Of a stretch of DNA of 20,000 nucleotides, positions 7,935 to 18,775 are shown one piece after another; position 1 is the first letter of the stretch, and each line of letters opens with the position of its first letter. The DNA lies in the NCBI GenBank assembly GCA_021432655.1, contig MU271377.1:58735-78734 (forward strand), written 5' to 3'. The position numbers were made by a program, and so were the translations under genes. Source of the DNA: Atractiella rhizophila (taxonomy: Eukaryota). The notes below the pieces were generated by a model. That model did no database searches and was not told the DNA's origin. It saw nothing but the letters and a program-made list of their open reading frames with translations.

Positions 7935-10900
7935 ACGATTGACGACGAGGCACTACAAGGCGTTCATTTTATTCGCAGATGTACTTTTCCATCAAAAGAA
8001 AACGGCCAAAGAAACATAAGTGGATGCAATCAAATTCAGATAAGTTGTACAGAACTAGAAATCCTGTAATGTAGGAAGGATGAGCACACGGTTAGCACTC
8101 ATAATCAGAACAAGGCGTCCCGAAAGTTACAATTGCCATCCACCAAAATCTACGATTCCAGATTCACAGTCTGGAAAGGTACATAAACTCTCAACTATTT
8201 CAAGCTTTGAGGGTTATGTGCAAATCGTTGCGAAAGAGCAAGCCTGGCGTAGAAAAATATTCCGCTTGCAACGATGCGTCCTGGATAGAGCTACTAGGAT
8301 TGTAGATCAGATCAACATTCGATCAATGATTCCTATAGTCTTTCAAGCCTTGTCGCCCTGTAATACATCTCTGAATGTTTCTCTCTCGAACGAGTAGGTT
8401 GTATGACGCTCTTCGCTCAGACGTTTCCGCTCCAGCTAGTGGCCTCCACGACCATGCTCCAGCGACGGGTGCTCAGGCTCAGTCCAACCTCATGTTGACT
8501 GAGAACAAGGGCGTGACGCACGCTTCGACTCTCTACCCGCCGTTAGATCTCTTTAACAATCTTTCCGTTCCCTTCTCCCCGTACGATGCGAGATCTTGGC
8601 TCGAGAAGTCATGGGAGGTCAACCCGGAGGAGACTCTGAAGATCATTTGGAACGCCAGGTCGATCGGCGATGGGAAGGGAGAGGGAGAGACGTTCGTCAG
8701 GGCCGCAGCCTGGTTGAAGGAAAAGCATCCTAGGACCTTGTTGGGCAATCTAGAGTGGTTGGTAGAGCCGGTGAGCGAGAAGGCGAAGATCGAAAAGAAG
8801 CAGAAGAAGGAGGAGGACATGGATGTGGAGATTGTGGATGTGAAGGAGGAGGTGGAGGAGGAGCTGAATGCGGCGAACGCGAGGAGCCACGGGTATTGGA
8901 AAGATCTCCTCAACCTTTTGGTTCTCTCTGCTGTCGATGAGTTCGACATAGAAGGCGATTTTACTGTCGTGCCTAACTACACGACTTCTTCGACTGAGGA
9001 CCAGAAGAGGATGTGGGGCAGAATTCCTCCCCTCAAACCTAGGGCAAAGAGCCGGAGGCGAGCTCGATCCACCATAACCGCCGCGGCCAAGGAGGAGAAG
9101 AATAAGAGAATCGAGGCTAATAATCTAGAGAAGGTAGAAATGAAAAAGGTTCTTCAGGAGAAGGGATTGATAGAGGATACGCCAGAGTGGGAGGAGGCGT
9201 TGAAGAAGCTCGAGGTGGACAAAGGGAAGGAAAAGCGACGCGTCAGGGAGGACCGGCATTTCAGTAACATCCTCCAGCCTAAGTTGACCGGCAAAGATGA
9301 CTTCCACCTCCTCCTCACGATCACTGTTGCGCGTTTGTTCGCGAGACAGCTGAGGAGGGATTTGACGAACTTGAAAACGTATGAGGATTTGAAAAAAGCG
9401 GGGAAGGAGGAGGAGGCAAGGAAGGTCGCGAGAAACATATCCTTGTGCGCTAAATGGGCGCCATCTGCTGGTTTCATGGCCGATCGATGGACCGCGATCT
9501 CCCTCTATGTCGCCGTCAGCCTTTTCCCACCGTCGAATAACAAATTCACAGAGTCTTACATCAATTACGCCAGTCAGCACTATCGCACCGATTACCTCAA
9601 GCCGCTCCGTGCTTTCCTCCCGATAGTCGAACAAAACATTTCCGCCAATGACTTCAAGTCAATCGCCTACTCCCGCGTTCCGTCTGTTGCGATGAAAACC
9701 TACACCAAGCTCTTCCACAACAAAGATCCAGAGGGCTTTTCAAAATATCTCACCAAAGTGGCGATGGGCCAAGCGAACATTTCAGGAGCCATCCTCACCC
9801 CAGGCTCCCTCGTCCACGCCTTTAGAGCTCGTGGGAAACAGGAGGTCGAGAAGCGAGTCGCTGAGGTCCAATGGGTCACTTTACTCAAGCATACGGCCGC
9901 TAATGGAGCTTTGAAGGGTTGCGTCGCTGTTTGCGATGTCTCGGGAAGCATGACCAGTCCTGTATTCAAGGATGGTACCAGGTAAGTTTATTTTGCTAGT
10001 TTGGACGTACGCTGACTTTACACCAACAAATTTAGTCCAATGGACAGTAGCATCGGCTTTGGAATCCTGATCGCTCAGCTCTCCAGTCCACCATTCCACA
10101 ACTCGATAATCACCTTTTCGGCTGAACCTAAGTTTGTGGACATCAAACCTGTCAATCTCGATTCTGCCGAACCATCCCCCAGTGATCTAGTCCTAAGCGA
10201 GAATGTGAAATCTGCGGAGAGGGATGTGGGCTACAACACCAACTTTGTGGCTGTTTTCCGACTCATTCTTAACAAGGCGAAGGAGCACAATCTGAAGCAG
10301 GAGGAGCTGCCAGAGAAATGCTTTGTGTTTTCGGATATGGAGTTTGATGCGTGTGAGACTGGCGGGGAGAGGTGGAGAACCCATTATCAGACTATCAAGA
10401 GCGAGTATGAACAGGCAGGATACGAGATTCCAGAGATGGTGTTTTGGAATCTGGCCGGTGGGAGGACTGGAAGACACACCAGCAAGCCTGTTACAGCCGA
10501 GGTTTGTCGTCTTCCTTTCTTGTTCTTGCTCATACCACGAAACTGATGGAAATCGGGACAAGTAGGTGGAAGGAGCGGCGTTATTGAGCGGATATTCGGC
10601 AGCAATGATAAAGCTCTTCCTTGTCAGTCCCGTCTTACCCTTCATTAATAACAAACTGATCTATCTCAACATTTTAGGAGAAAGGAATGCCTACTGATGA
10701 GGAGGAGGAAGAATGGGAAGAGGTTGTTGACGCTGCCGCAGGAGAGACGGCGACAGTCAAGAAGGAGAAGAAGAAGATGGATCCCGTCGCAGTGATGAGA
10801 AAGGCCATAGGGGGCAAGTCTTTCGAACGACTCAAGGTTTACGACTGAACGATTGACGACGAGGCACTACAAGGCGTTCATTTTATTTGCAGATGTACTT

Positions 10901-11243
10901 TTGCATCAAAAGAAAACGGCCAAAGAAACATAAGTGGATGCAATCAAATTCAGATAAGTTGTACAGAAATAGAAATCCTGTAATGTAGGAAGGATGCAGC
11001 ACACGGTTAGCACTCATAATCAGAACAAGGCGTCCCGAAAGTTACAATTGCCATCCACCAAAATCTACGATTCCAGATTCACAGTCTGGAAAGGTACATA
11101 AATTCTCAACTATTTCAAGCTTTGAGGGTTATGCCCAAATCGTTGCGAAAGAGCAAGCCTGGCGTAGAAAAATATTCCGCTTGCAACGATGCGTCCTGGA
11201 TAGAGCTACTAGGATTGTAGATCAGATCAACATTCGATCAATG
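5416..11243 (+). repeat. Head-to-tail tandem duplication of a 2.9-kb unit (copy 1 5416-8328; copy 2 8330-11243)
   Basis: Offset is 2914 nt (2915 after a 1-nt indel, GATGAGC near 8082 vs GATGCAGC near 10997). Roughly 30-35 differences counted by eye (about 99% identity). Junction reads CAATG-A-TTCCTATAG. Confidence 0.97.
8375..10848 (+). CDS. DUF2828-family protein copy 2, 5'-truncated duplicate (no exon 1 or original promoter); about 766 aa if started at ATG 8375; may be an unexpressed pseudogene
   Basis: Exons 8375-9981, 10036-10501, 10566-10622, 10678-10848. Splice sites and frame are intact, with 9 amino-acid differences from copy 1 in shared exons. The start ATG lies in what is intron 1 of copy 1. 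Confidence 0.7.
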
Positions 11244-11617
11244 CTGACACTCATTATTGTAGCATGGAGGGACATTGGCCAATACACCGCGAAAGGACAC
11301 AGCGTGCTTACTCTGCATCGGTTTCTTGAATGATCATCATGACATCATGTCCAGACCGAGTCGTACGTGGAGGGCAAAGCAAAACGACCTCCTGAACCCA
11401 CACTGTGCTGTCTAGCCTGAGAGGCAGCCTCACATGAGACCAACAAGCACGACTATATTGGGTTGAGAGATATGAAAAAGCGATGATGAGAGTAGGGTCT
11501 AGAGTGATTCAAAGAGTGAACGTGCTATCGGCACACCCTCCTGTGATGTTCTCATTTGAACAGGTTCGCCTTTCTTTTTGGGATATGGAACGCTTTGGGA
11601 AGGCGAAGCAGGTCTTC

Positions 11618-14570
11618 CTAATAATTTCCGCTTTGATAGTATTTCAGCAATTTTCGAATAATCCAACAATTGAGGTCAATATTCCAATATGGTTCTTCCG
11701 AGTCCCAAAAGGAGGCATATTCAACTTTGTGATTTCCACCCGAAGTATTAGCACCTGTCCTATTATTCTAGAATGTCCCTGCATCACCGTTGAACTGCCA
11801 AGATTTGCAAGTAGGGTCTGACCGGAAGCTGCATCGAGAGCGGCATAGACTGGCTTCCGTCGTGATCACTGGAATGCTCTCCATCGCCCATATCCAAGGT
11901 AGCGGCGGGAGACGACTGGATATTTTGGTCGCTACTCTGAAGTGAAGAAGCTGATTTAATGTGAAAGTCCACCGAACAGATTTTGCCTCCGTCCTCTCGG
12001 GAATGAATGATGATGTATGCTCGAGGCAGTGATGATTTCGAACGAAACGTCATCTTCTCGTCCCCCTCTTTCGACGTCGTCCCCTGGCTGTCTAAAGACG
12101 TATTTCCTTCCTCTACAGCCGGCAAAGCTGCCAACGGTGCATCCGGTAGAGGTGGTAAGACATGTAGAGGCAGAGGAATTCCAGAAGGATCAAATTGACC
12201 AGGCATCGGAGTTCGTTCTCCGCCAGTCAGAATCAATGGCTCTAACAAGGTCATGTCTTGGGGAGCGACAGCCGAAAATGAAGATGCCAACGATGTCAAG
12301 AGCATGTCGCTGTCGCCTTCTGAGGAAGCTGGAGGAGGCGTACTTTGAGGGACGGTGCCAGTCCCACCGGAACCCGACGACGAGACTTTGTTGTTGAAAT
12401 CCTCTGAGAGGAAACGAAATCCAGCAACTATGATCCCCCAACCTTGTGTCGAGCCGATCGATCGATTTTCGCCTCCGCCCACCAGAGGAAAGGCCATTGA
12501 GCAAGCGAAGTCTCGAAGGAAAGCTTCTGAGAAGGGTTTGGGGAACGTGACTCGGGAGAAGTGGTTGAGCTTAGTATCGAAGCAGTCGACGCAATTGATA
12601 TTGAAAGAAAAAATTTCGTCCCAAGTCACACTGGAATCGAAAGGGTCTCTAGCATCGTCGATGGTTCTGCCGCCGATGATTAACAGTCCTGGATCATCCA
12701 CCTCAGTTACAACAAAGGACATCAATGGAATAGGTATCTCACGTCGCTCGTTGACAGGTACCATGCACGCTCCTACTCTCTCTCGAGGTTGCGTTCCCGT
12801 CGTTTTTATCTCGCCAGTGCCATCTTCGACGGTCATTTCGACATCCCCCATGCCGGCGAGCATTTGCCCTTTCCTCCTCGATCGCTCTCGATAATGATAG
12901 CTGACTGGACTTCCGTAGGCGCACCAAGTGCATGAACCATCGTTAACATCGAGGGATAGAAGGTCGTCGTAGACGTGTACGGGTGAATCGTTGCGTGCGC
13001 CTCCAAAAACATACAACCGGTTCCGTATTACTGCGGTGGCGTGCGAATATCTAATCCGGGGCGGAATCCCAAGAAAGTTGGGCTTGATGAACTTGCCATT
13101 TTCTAAGTCGTAGATATGTGCAGAATTCTCTCCATCCCCATTATCGGCAACCCCTCCAAATATCACCAACCATCGATTCTGGATGCAATCAACCGAATGG
13201 TATTTCAACAGCATGGGCCACAATGGATCAGATTTCGTATTCTTCGGTGTCAAGTCCTCCACATGGAATGTTTCGAGATCTAATCTCAAAAGCCAGTTCG
13301 TCTCCGACTCGACAACCTTCGTGCCCGTCGAAGCTGTTGAAGTCGAACCAGAAGAACGTACTCCGGCAGATTCAGGAAAGGAAATATGTGGCGTGTATCC
13401 AGTACCACCTGCTGATCTGGATCCTTTGGTCGATAAAAATCCTTCGAAGTAGGACTGCATGCGAGGCTCGACAGCTGGCTCAACGGATGGTGCGGGAATG
13501 GAGGTATTAGAGGATTGTGTCTCTTGCCGCAAAGATGATGGGGAGGCGTTGGGGCCGTCAGGAACATAGGTGCCAGGAGATGCGGTTGGAACGTGGGGAG
13601 AAGAAGAGCTGCCAGTCGATCGCTCGAGCTCAAATGTAGTTGGGCCGAAGAGGTAAATGTAGCTTTTCCCATGGAGTATGACGCCAGCGATTGGTCCTGT
13701 CATCGCTTTCCACTCCAACGGATTCGGGATCGTCACTCCCACCCTTTGCCACTCACCACAAAAGTCAGTGTGACTAGCAACAATTCCTCTCTCGCGCGCG
13801 AGATCGAGGACGAAACAGGCCGGATTGACTCCAAGAAAGGGGACATAGAGCTTGTTGTTCAGCTGCACGGTGCCCTGATGGGTGAATCGAGGAGGGAAAA
13901 TACTCTCGGAAGTGGATTGGCGGCTTTCTCTTCCTTGAGAAGATTGAGATATGTCCATAGGAGTATGAATCTGGGTAGCATCTTCTCCATCCCAAACAAG
14001 AGCTCCGAACTGATCGACTCTTGTAGAGACTGCGCTCCGAGCTCAATTATTTGAAGCTACAGCAGGAGTGAAGCGGACCTTTCGGAAACTCCAGGTAAGC
14101 ATTTGAGAAGCCGTGCACACTCTTCACCATCTTAGAGAAGAAGCGGCAGGTGAGAGCTACAGGAATGTTGTCAGACTTACTTGGGCCATGTCCGCAGCGA
14201 AGGATATGGACGACGCACCCAAATTTGTCAAGTCGACATTCGAATCGACAAAGGCACATATCCGATCGAGCACGTCTTGATTCAGTCTGAAAATGGCAGC
14301 ATTCTGTTGAAATCTGACATCTGGACCAAGCTGAACGATGTTGCTCCTCTTCGTTGCTGGAGACGGCGTTCTGCCGACAATAGGGCTTCCGACTGATAGA
14401 TATGGAGCGACAAGGCCAGCATCTGGAGCATTCGAGGTAGTTGGTATTCCAAGATCATCCGTCGACTCAGTGTTTGACCTGATTTTTTGTCGAGGCGACA
14501 CCGGCTCATTTGAGGAGTCCGAGTCCCTCTGCCTCTTCAGTCCACCTGCAGGCACCGGACGGTCGACCAT
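11618..14570 (-). CDS. F-box-like plus Kelch-repeat protein, about 914 aa, 5 exons
   Basis: Proposed exons 14570-14181, 14130-14079, 14029-12743, 12688-11823, 11767-11618 (2745 nt). F-box-like IFRLNQDVLDRICAFVDSNVDLTNLGASS. Kelch motifs YHSVDCIQNRWLVIFGG, PPRIRYSHATAVIRNRLYVFGG, PRERVGACMVPVNERRLLIIGG. The last acceptor is ambiguous (an alternative CAG gives a stop at 11644). Confidence 0.75.
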
Positions 14571-15331
14571 CTGCTAGATATCCGTCGATAATCAAACTCA
14601 GTGTGGGCCTGATCTTTCGGTGCGGTCCTAGAGTGGCGACGGATGGCTGATTTGAGGCAAAGTATTTGAGCACGACAAGAGGTTGGCCCAATCCCAAAAG
14701 GCTTTTCCAGATTTGATCTTCGTTGAGTTTCTTTTGAGTGGATTAGGAAGGTTTCTGGAAAAATCCCAACTCAGGATTGTCGCGTGGCAGGATCCCAAAA
14801 CTTTGTCCGTTTCCCGTCGCTTCTGCTGCTGCGCACATTCCCGGCACAGGGCGGACCGTACGCGGATCTGTTTCTTCCCGTTCACTTCCCGATGGTTCCC
14901 TCGTTTCTTCCGCTTTCACCTGACCAAATCACGGAGCTATTCATGTGCAAATATTCAAACATTTTAAGCACACAGGCGCAGACTTCTCCAAGGGCGAGTA
15001 GCCTAGGCAATCCACTGTGGATTTGAGGATCCGTTTCTGGTTGGAGCAGGGATTGGGACAAAATTAAACTTTCAGGAGGAGCATCCTGGAATAATGATGA
15101 ATCTACTATTTCTCTTCATAAATTCGGGGCAGGGTACTCGATAGAAAGCTACGTAGTAGGGATACAAATCCAAAGTGAACCCGACAAAGTTGGAGACTTT
15201 CCTTACAACATTTTACATGAGACGTTGGAATCCGTTTTCTTACTATTCTGCTTCGAACAAGACCTTCGAGGTCACACCACTTGGAAGGAAAGGAGCGGAG
15301 TGTCTCATAGGAGCATTGAGGTCTCCACCGA

Positions 15332-17079
15332 TCACTCTTGAGTCGCAAGAACTTCGCTCGGCTTTTCCTGCTCAGAAGAACAATCAGTCCCGTCTCAGTC
15401 ATCAATCAGGCACCGCCAGGCCCCAGGAAGCAAACCAAGAAGGAAAGGAAAGACGCACCTCCTCAGCCTGCCTCTTACCCTCCTCCACATCCTCCATCAC
15501 TTGTTTCTCCTCCTGTCCCAACTGTAAGGTCGCTTGCCTCTGTGCCGCTCCCAACCACTTGATTCCAAGGAGCGCCTTCTTCCAAGTCTTTTTAGCATCA
15601 AAATTCTTCCTGACGTTGGGCAACAGGTCCTTATCTTCTCCTTGAGGTTTGTCAGAGGAAAGCCACGGGTGGTCAAGTGCTTGTTGGGTCGTCATGCGGG
15701 CGGAAGGGTCGATCACCAGACAACGACGGATGAAATCCCGGGCTGTCACGCTCTGCTCAGTGTGCATGTTCTTGGAAATGGGGAAGGAGACAAACCGGTA
15801 TCGGAGACGTTTTGCCAATATTCGACGGGCTCAAAGGCATAGTTCGCCGAACAGATGGCTTGGATTTCTTCGACGTTGGATTCGCGGTCGAAAGGGGTGT
15901 ATCCACACAAGAGGAAATACGTGATCACGCCAATCGCCCTTTATACCCAAACAGATGGATTCCATGAACCTACCATCCTTAACAAGAGAAAAGTAGGAAC
16001 AACTGACCAGATATCGACAGGTTTGCCGTGCCCTTTCTTTTGGAAGATTTCAGGTGCCATATAGCCTTCGATAAATACAGTCAGCGTGGAAGTGACGAAA
16101 AGGGGAAGGGGGATGGTATACCTGGTGTGCCACAGGTCGTGGTTAGAACGCTCATCTTGCCTTCATCGATAACACGGCTGAGACCGAAATCGGCAATGAG
16201 CAGGTCTGCTTCTTCGTCTTTGCCTATATCAACGGTTTTAGTCAGCTCATGTTGCAATAGAACGCAGAAGAACGGACTCCGGAATAACAGGTTCTCAGGC
16301 TTGAGATCTATGCTGACAAATCAGTCGGAGCGAAGGTATTAGGTGGACACATACCACGATGCACGATGCCTTTGCTGTGGAGGTAGTGCACGGCGTCCGT
16401 AACCACACGAACGAGGTGACAGGCATCTCGCTCATAGTATGATCCTACATCGCTCGTTCATCTCAACACCGTCTGGTGGAATAGGAAAGACAAACCTTTG
16501 GCGCATATTCTGTCGAATAGTTCACCACCAGAGCAAAGGTCGAAGACGAGGTAAACTAAAATGAAGTGGCGAGTTGGTGCTTGGCATTCCGCTCAATGGA
16601 GAAACGTACGATTATTCAGTGTCTATGTGTCCAAGTGGAAGTCACGATCTGTCTTTAGGGGAGAATAGAACGCAGGAAAGTACCTCAAAGTAATCCCAAA
16701 GGGTGACGATGTGCGGATTCCCCTGCGAAACCGCCTTCAACACCTGAATCTCATTTCGAACCTAACATTTCCACGCCAACTATCAACCGCCGATTGACGC
16801 AAAGAGAAATCAGGGATGACGAACCATGTGTTCTCTCCCCTCCATCAACTTCTTGTTTATCACTTTGCAAGCATAGTACTTCCCAGTGCCAATGTGGACA
16901 CATTCTTTGACGACCGCATATGTGCCTTGTCCAAGAGTTTTTCCACTATTACACCCATCAAATCTGCCACCACCAATGCGATGCAAAGAATAAATACGTT
17001 TTGTACTAATCCACATTGTCAATTAGGAGCGATGTTGATGGAAAGCACTCACCTGGCAAGGAACTGTTTGGGGAGCCAT
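15332..17079 (-). CDS. CMK1: Calcium/calmodulin-dependent protein kinase (fungal CaMK1, Cmk1/Cmk2-like), about 349 aa, 13 exons
   Basis: Exons 17079-17053, 17005-16998, 16945-16825, 16761-16684, 16622-16610, 16555-16496, 16444-16355, 16307-16278, 16223-16122, 16065-16008, 15938-15796, 15742-15459, 15367-15332 give 1050 nt in frame. Motifs LGQGTYAVV, YACK, GGELFDRI, HRDLKPEN, DFG, TTCGTPGYMAPE, DIWAIG, and calmodulin-binding tail DLLPNVRKNFDAKKTWKKA. Confidence 0.95.
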
Positions 17080-17160
17080 CTAGACTATTTGGTGCTGGAT
17101 TTCGTAAGGTTACGGTGGTATGAGGTAGCTTTGGGATAGACGTGCTGGCTGGAGTGTAGG

Positions 17161-17167
17161 TATATAA
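17161..17167. promoter_or_regulatory. TATA-like element in the short divergent interval between the kinase and the small ORF
   Basis: TATATAA at 17161-17167 reads as TATA-like on both strands; about 80 nt from the kinase ATG (17079) and about 185 nt from ATG 17350. Confidence 0.4.
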
Positions 17168-17349
17168 GGGATTGACTGTCGATAAGCCGTGAGTGAGCTG
17201 ATCGTAAATAAGATCCTTGTTCCACAGCTGCACTCCCGCTAAATCCGATTTCAAGTCCGACGGTCGTTGGTTGCAACTTGAACTCGCTCCCGCAAACTAT
17301 TCTGACTGCATTCCTCAGCACGTTCTTTGGCAGCTGTCGCTGGGTATCC

Positions 17350-17535
17350 ATGGTCTACCCCCCACCGCCGCCCACAACATCTGTCTCAAAGCGCCGGACA
17401 ATGGACAAGTTCGAAAAGTTCACACGGAACGAGCTCATATTCATCTTCTCCTCCGCCCTCGCCGTCGTCGGTCTTACTGTGGCGAGCATCGTCATGTTTG
17501 TCATGCCGATCGGGAATGACGGTGTCGAAGAATGA
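17350..17535 (+). CDS. Candidate small single-pass membrane protein, 61 aa
   Basis: MVYPPPPPTTSVSKRRTMDKFEKFTRNELIFIFSSALAVVGLTVASIVMFVMPIGNDGVEE*. Basic N-region, one hydrophobic segment of about 24 aa, acidic tail, and C/G-rich third codon positions. No family recognised. Confidence 0.5.
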   Translation: MVYPPPPPTTSVSKRRTMDKFEKFTRNELIFIFSSALAVVGLTVASIVMFVMPIGNDGVEE

Positions 17536-18775
17536 ATTTGGTGGTGAGCACATCTCAAAAGGTCGAAGAGTAGTCACGAATGGGTCAGGGAAGGCATCCG
17601 GCGATGAGGACACGTAGGAGTACTCAACGGGCCATGAAATTGGATGTTGAGGAAGGGAGTACATGACTAGTCTGAGTTGGAGCAATCCTTCCATGACATT
17701 GCATGTGGGGGTTCGACAGCATCCTAGATAACAAGGGTAACAGAGCGGAATACATCCCTGGGTCGCACATAAACCGGAATGTTCTTTTTCGAGCGTGAAG
17801 GACGCCTGAGCCTAACGTCGAGGACAAGCACGTCGGCTGACATTACCCTGATCTGTTTCATTGCTCTCGGGCTCTGGGACTTGATGCTCCTTTGATTTTC
17901 ACTTGCATAATCGAATTATTCGGAGCACCAAGTACAAGCCTTGGCTGGTATTGAATTGGCGAGCTCCTATTTCATTTCACCTGACTCTTTTATTATAACG
18001 ATTTCTTAACCACTACCTTACTATCTATCCCTGATATCCCGGGCCTGATGACTGAGTTCTACCATTAACACGTTTGGGAAGCAAACATTTTTTATCGCAA
18101 CGAGCTTCATATTCCTTAAGGCACTTTCTCTTTTTCACTCTCCCAATTGTGTGATTCACAATCTGATGCTACAATTGAGTTTTCCATATGGGGTTGCAGC
18201 ACAGCCTGCAGGCTGACAGAGAACGGTCGTGTCGTCGAAGAGTTCAGTTCGTTCTCTTGCCGATCTCTCTCGCAGAAGAAGCGCGAGTAGCAACCGGCTC
18301 GGCTACCTTGCCACCTGTTTCATTAAGAAAATTGTCTGGGCTTATTTGGCTGGCCGATCCGTGGATTTTTGAAAGCTCTAAATCGACTCCAAAACCGGCG
18401 AAGCTCGGAATGCACCAAACTTTTCACAGTCTTTTTGTCCGTTTCCTAGACCAACTTTCCACCACCGAGAATGGCTCATCACTGCAAAGCAGGAAATTCA
18501 TATTCATTCATGATTACACCCGTCTTTTCTTTACTCTTTGCTGTCCAAACCCAAACCCAAACTATCAGCCCATGTCCGCTCCTGTCCACCCATCTTGTTG
18601 GACAGTGTGGGTTCTTGCTAGTGATAAAATAGTTCCGTCCGTCATGATGACCCTTAAAAGCAGGGACTCATCTTCGTTGGTCGCGGCGACTTCAAGTTTT
18701 GTTTGTTCATTCTTTCCACACCTGCCTCTATCTCGTAGGCTGCCAAAACGCAGCCGAAGGCATAGCTAGACAACA

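Noticed and set aside
8080..8397. 105-aa ORF spanning the duplication junction as a new chimeric gene or replacement exon 1
   Set aside because: It is out of frame with copy 2 and depends on a 1-nt indel absent from the other copy. Its best donor (8179) is phase 0 whereas exon 2 needs phase 2. At most an overlapping upstream ORF.
5416..11243. Repeat-induced point mutation acting on the duplication
   Set aside because: Differences include many transversions, show no clear one-directional C-to-T bias, and introduce no stop codons.
11483..14577. Plus-strand ORFs overlapping the Kelch gene, and similar antisense ORFs over the other genes
   Set aside because: Shadow ORFs of well-supported coding regions with no independent motif support.
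17700..17730. tRNA gene suggested by GGTTCGA
   Set aside because: No T-stem pairing, A-box or acceptor stem could be formed.
18188..18769. 193-aa ORF upstream of the membrane protein gene
   Set aside because: No recognisable motif, composition resembles pyrimidine-rich promoter/UTR DNA, and it ends 6 nt before the well-supported ATG 18776.
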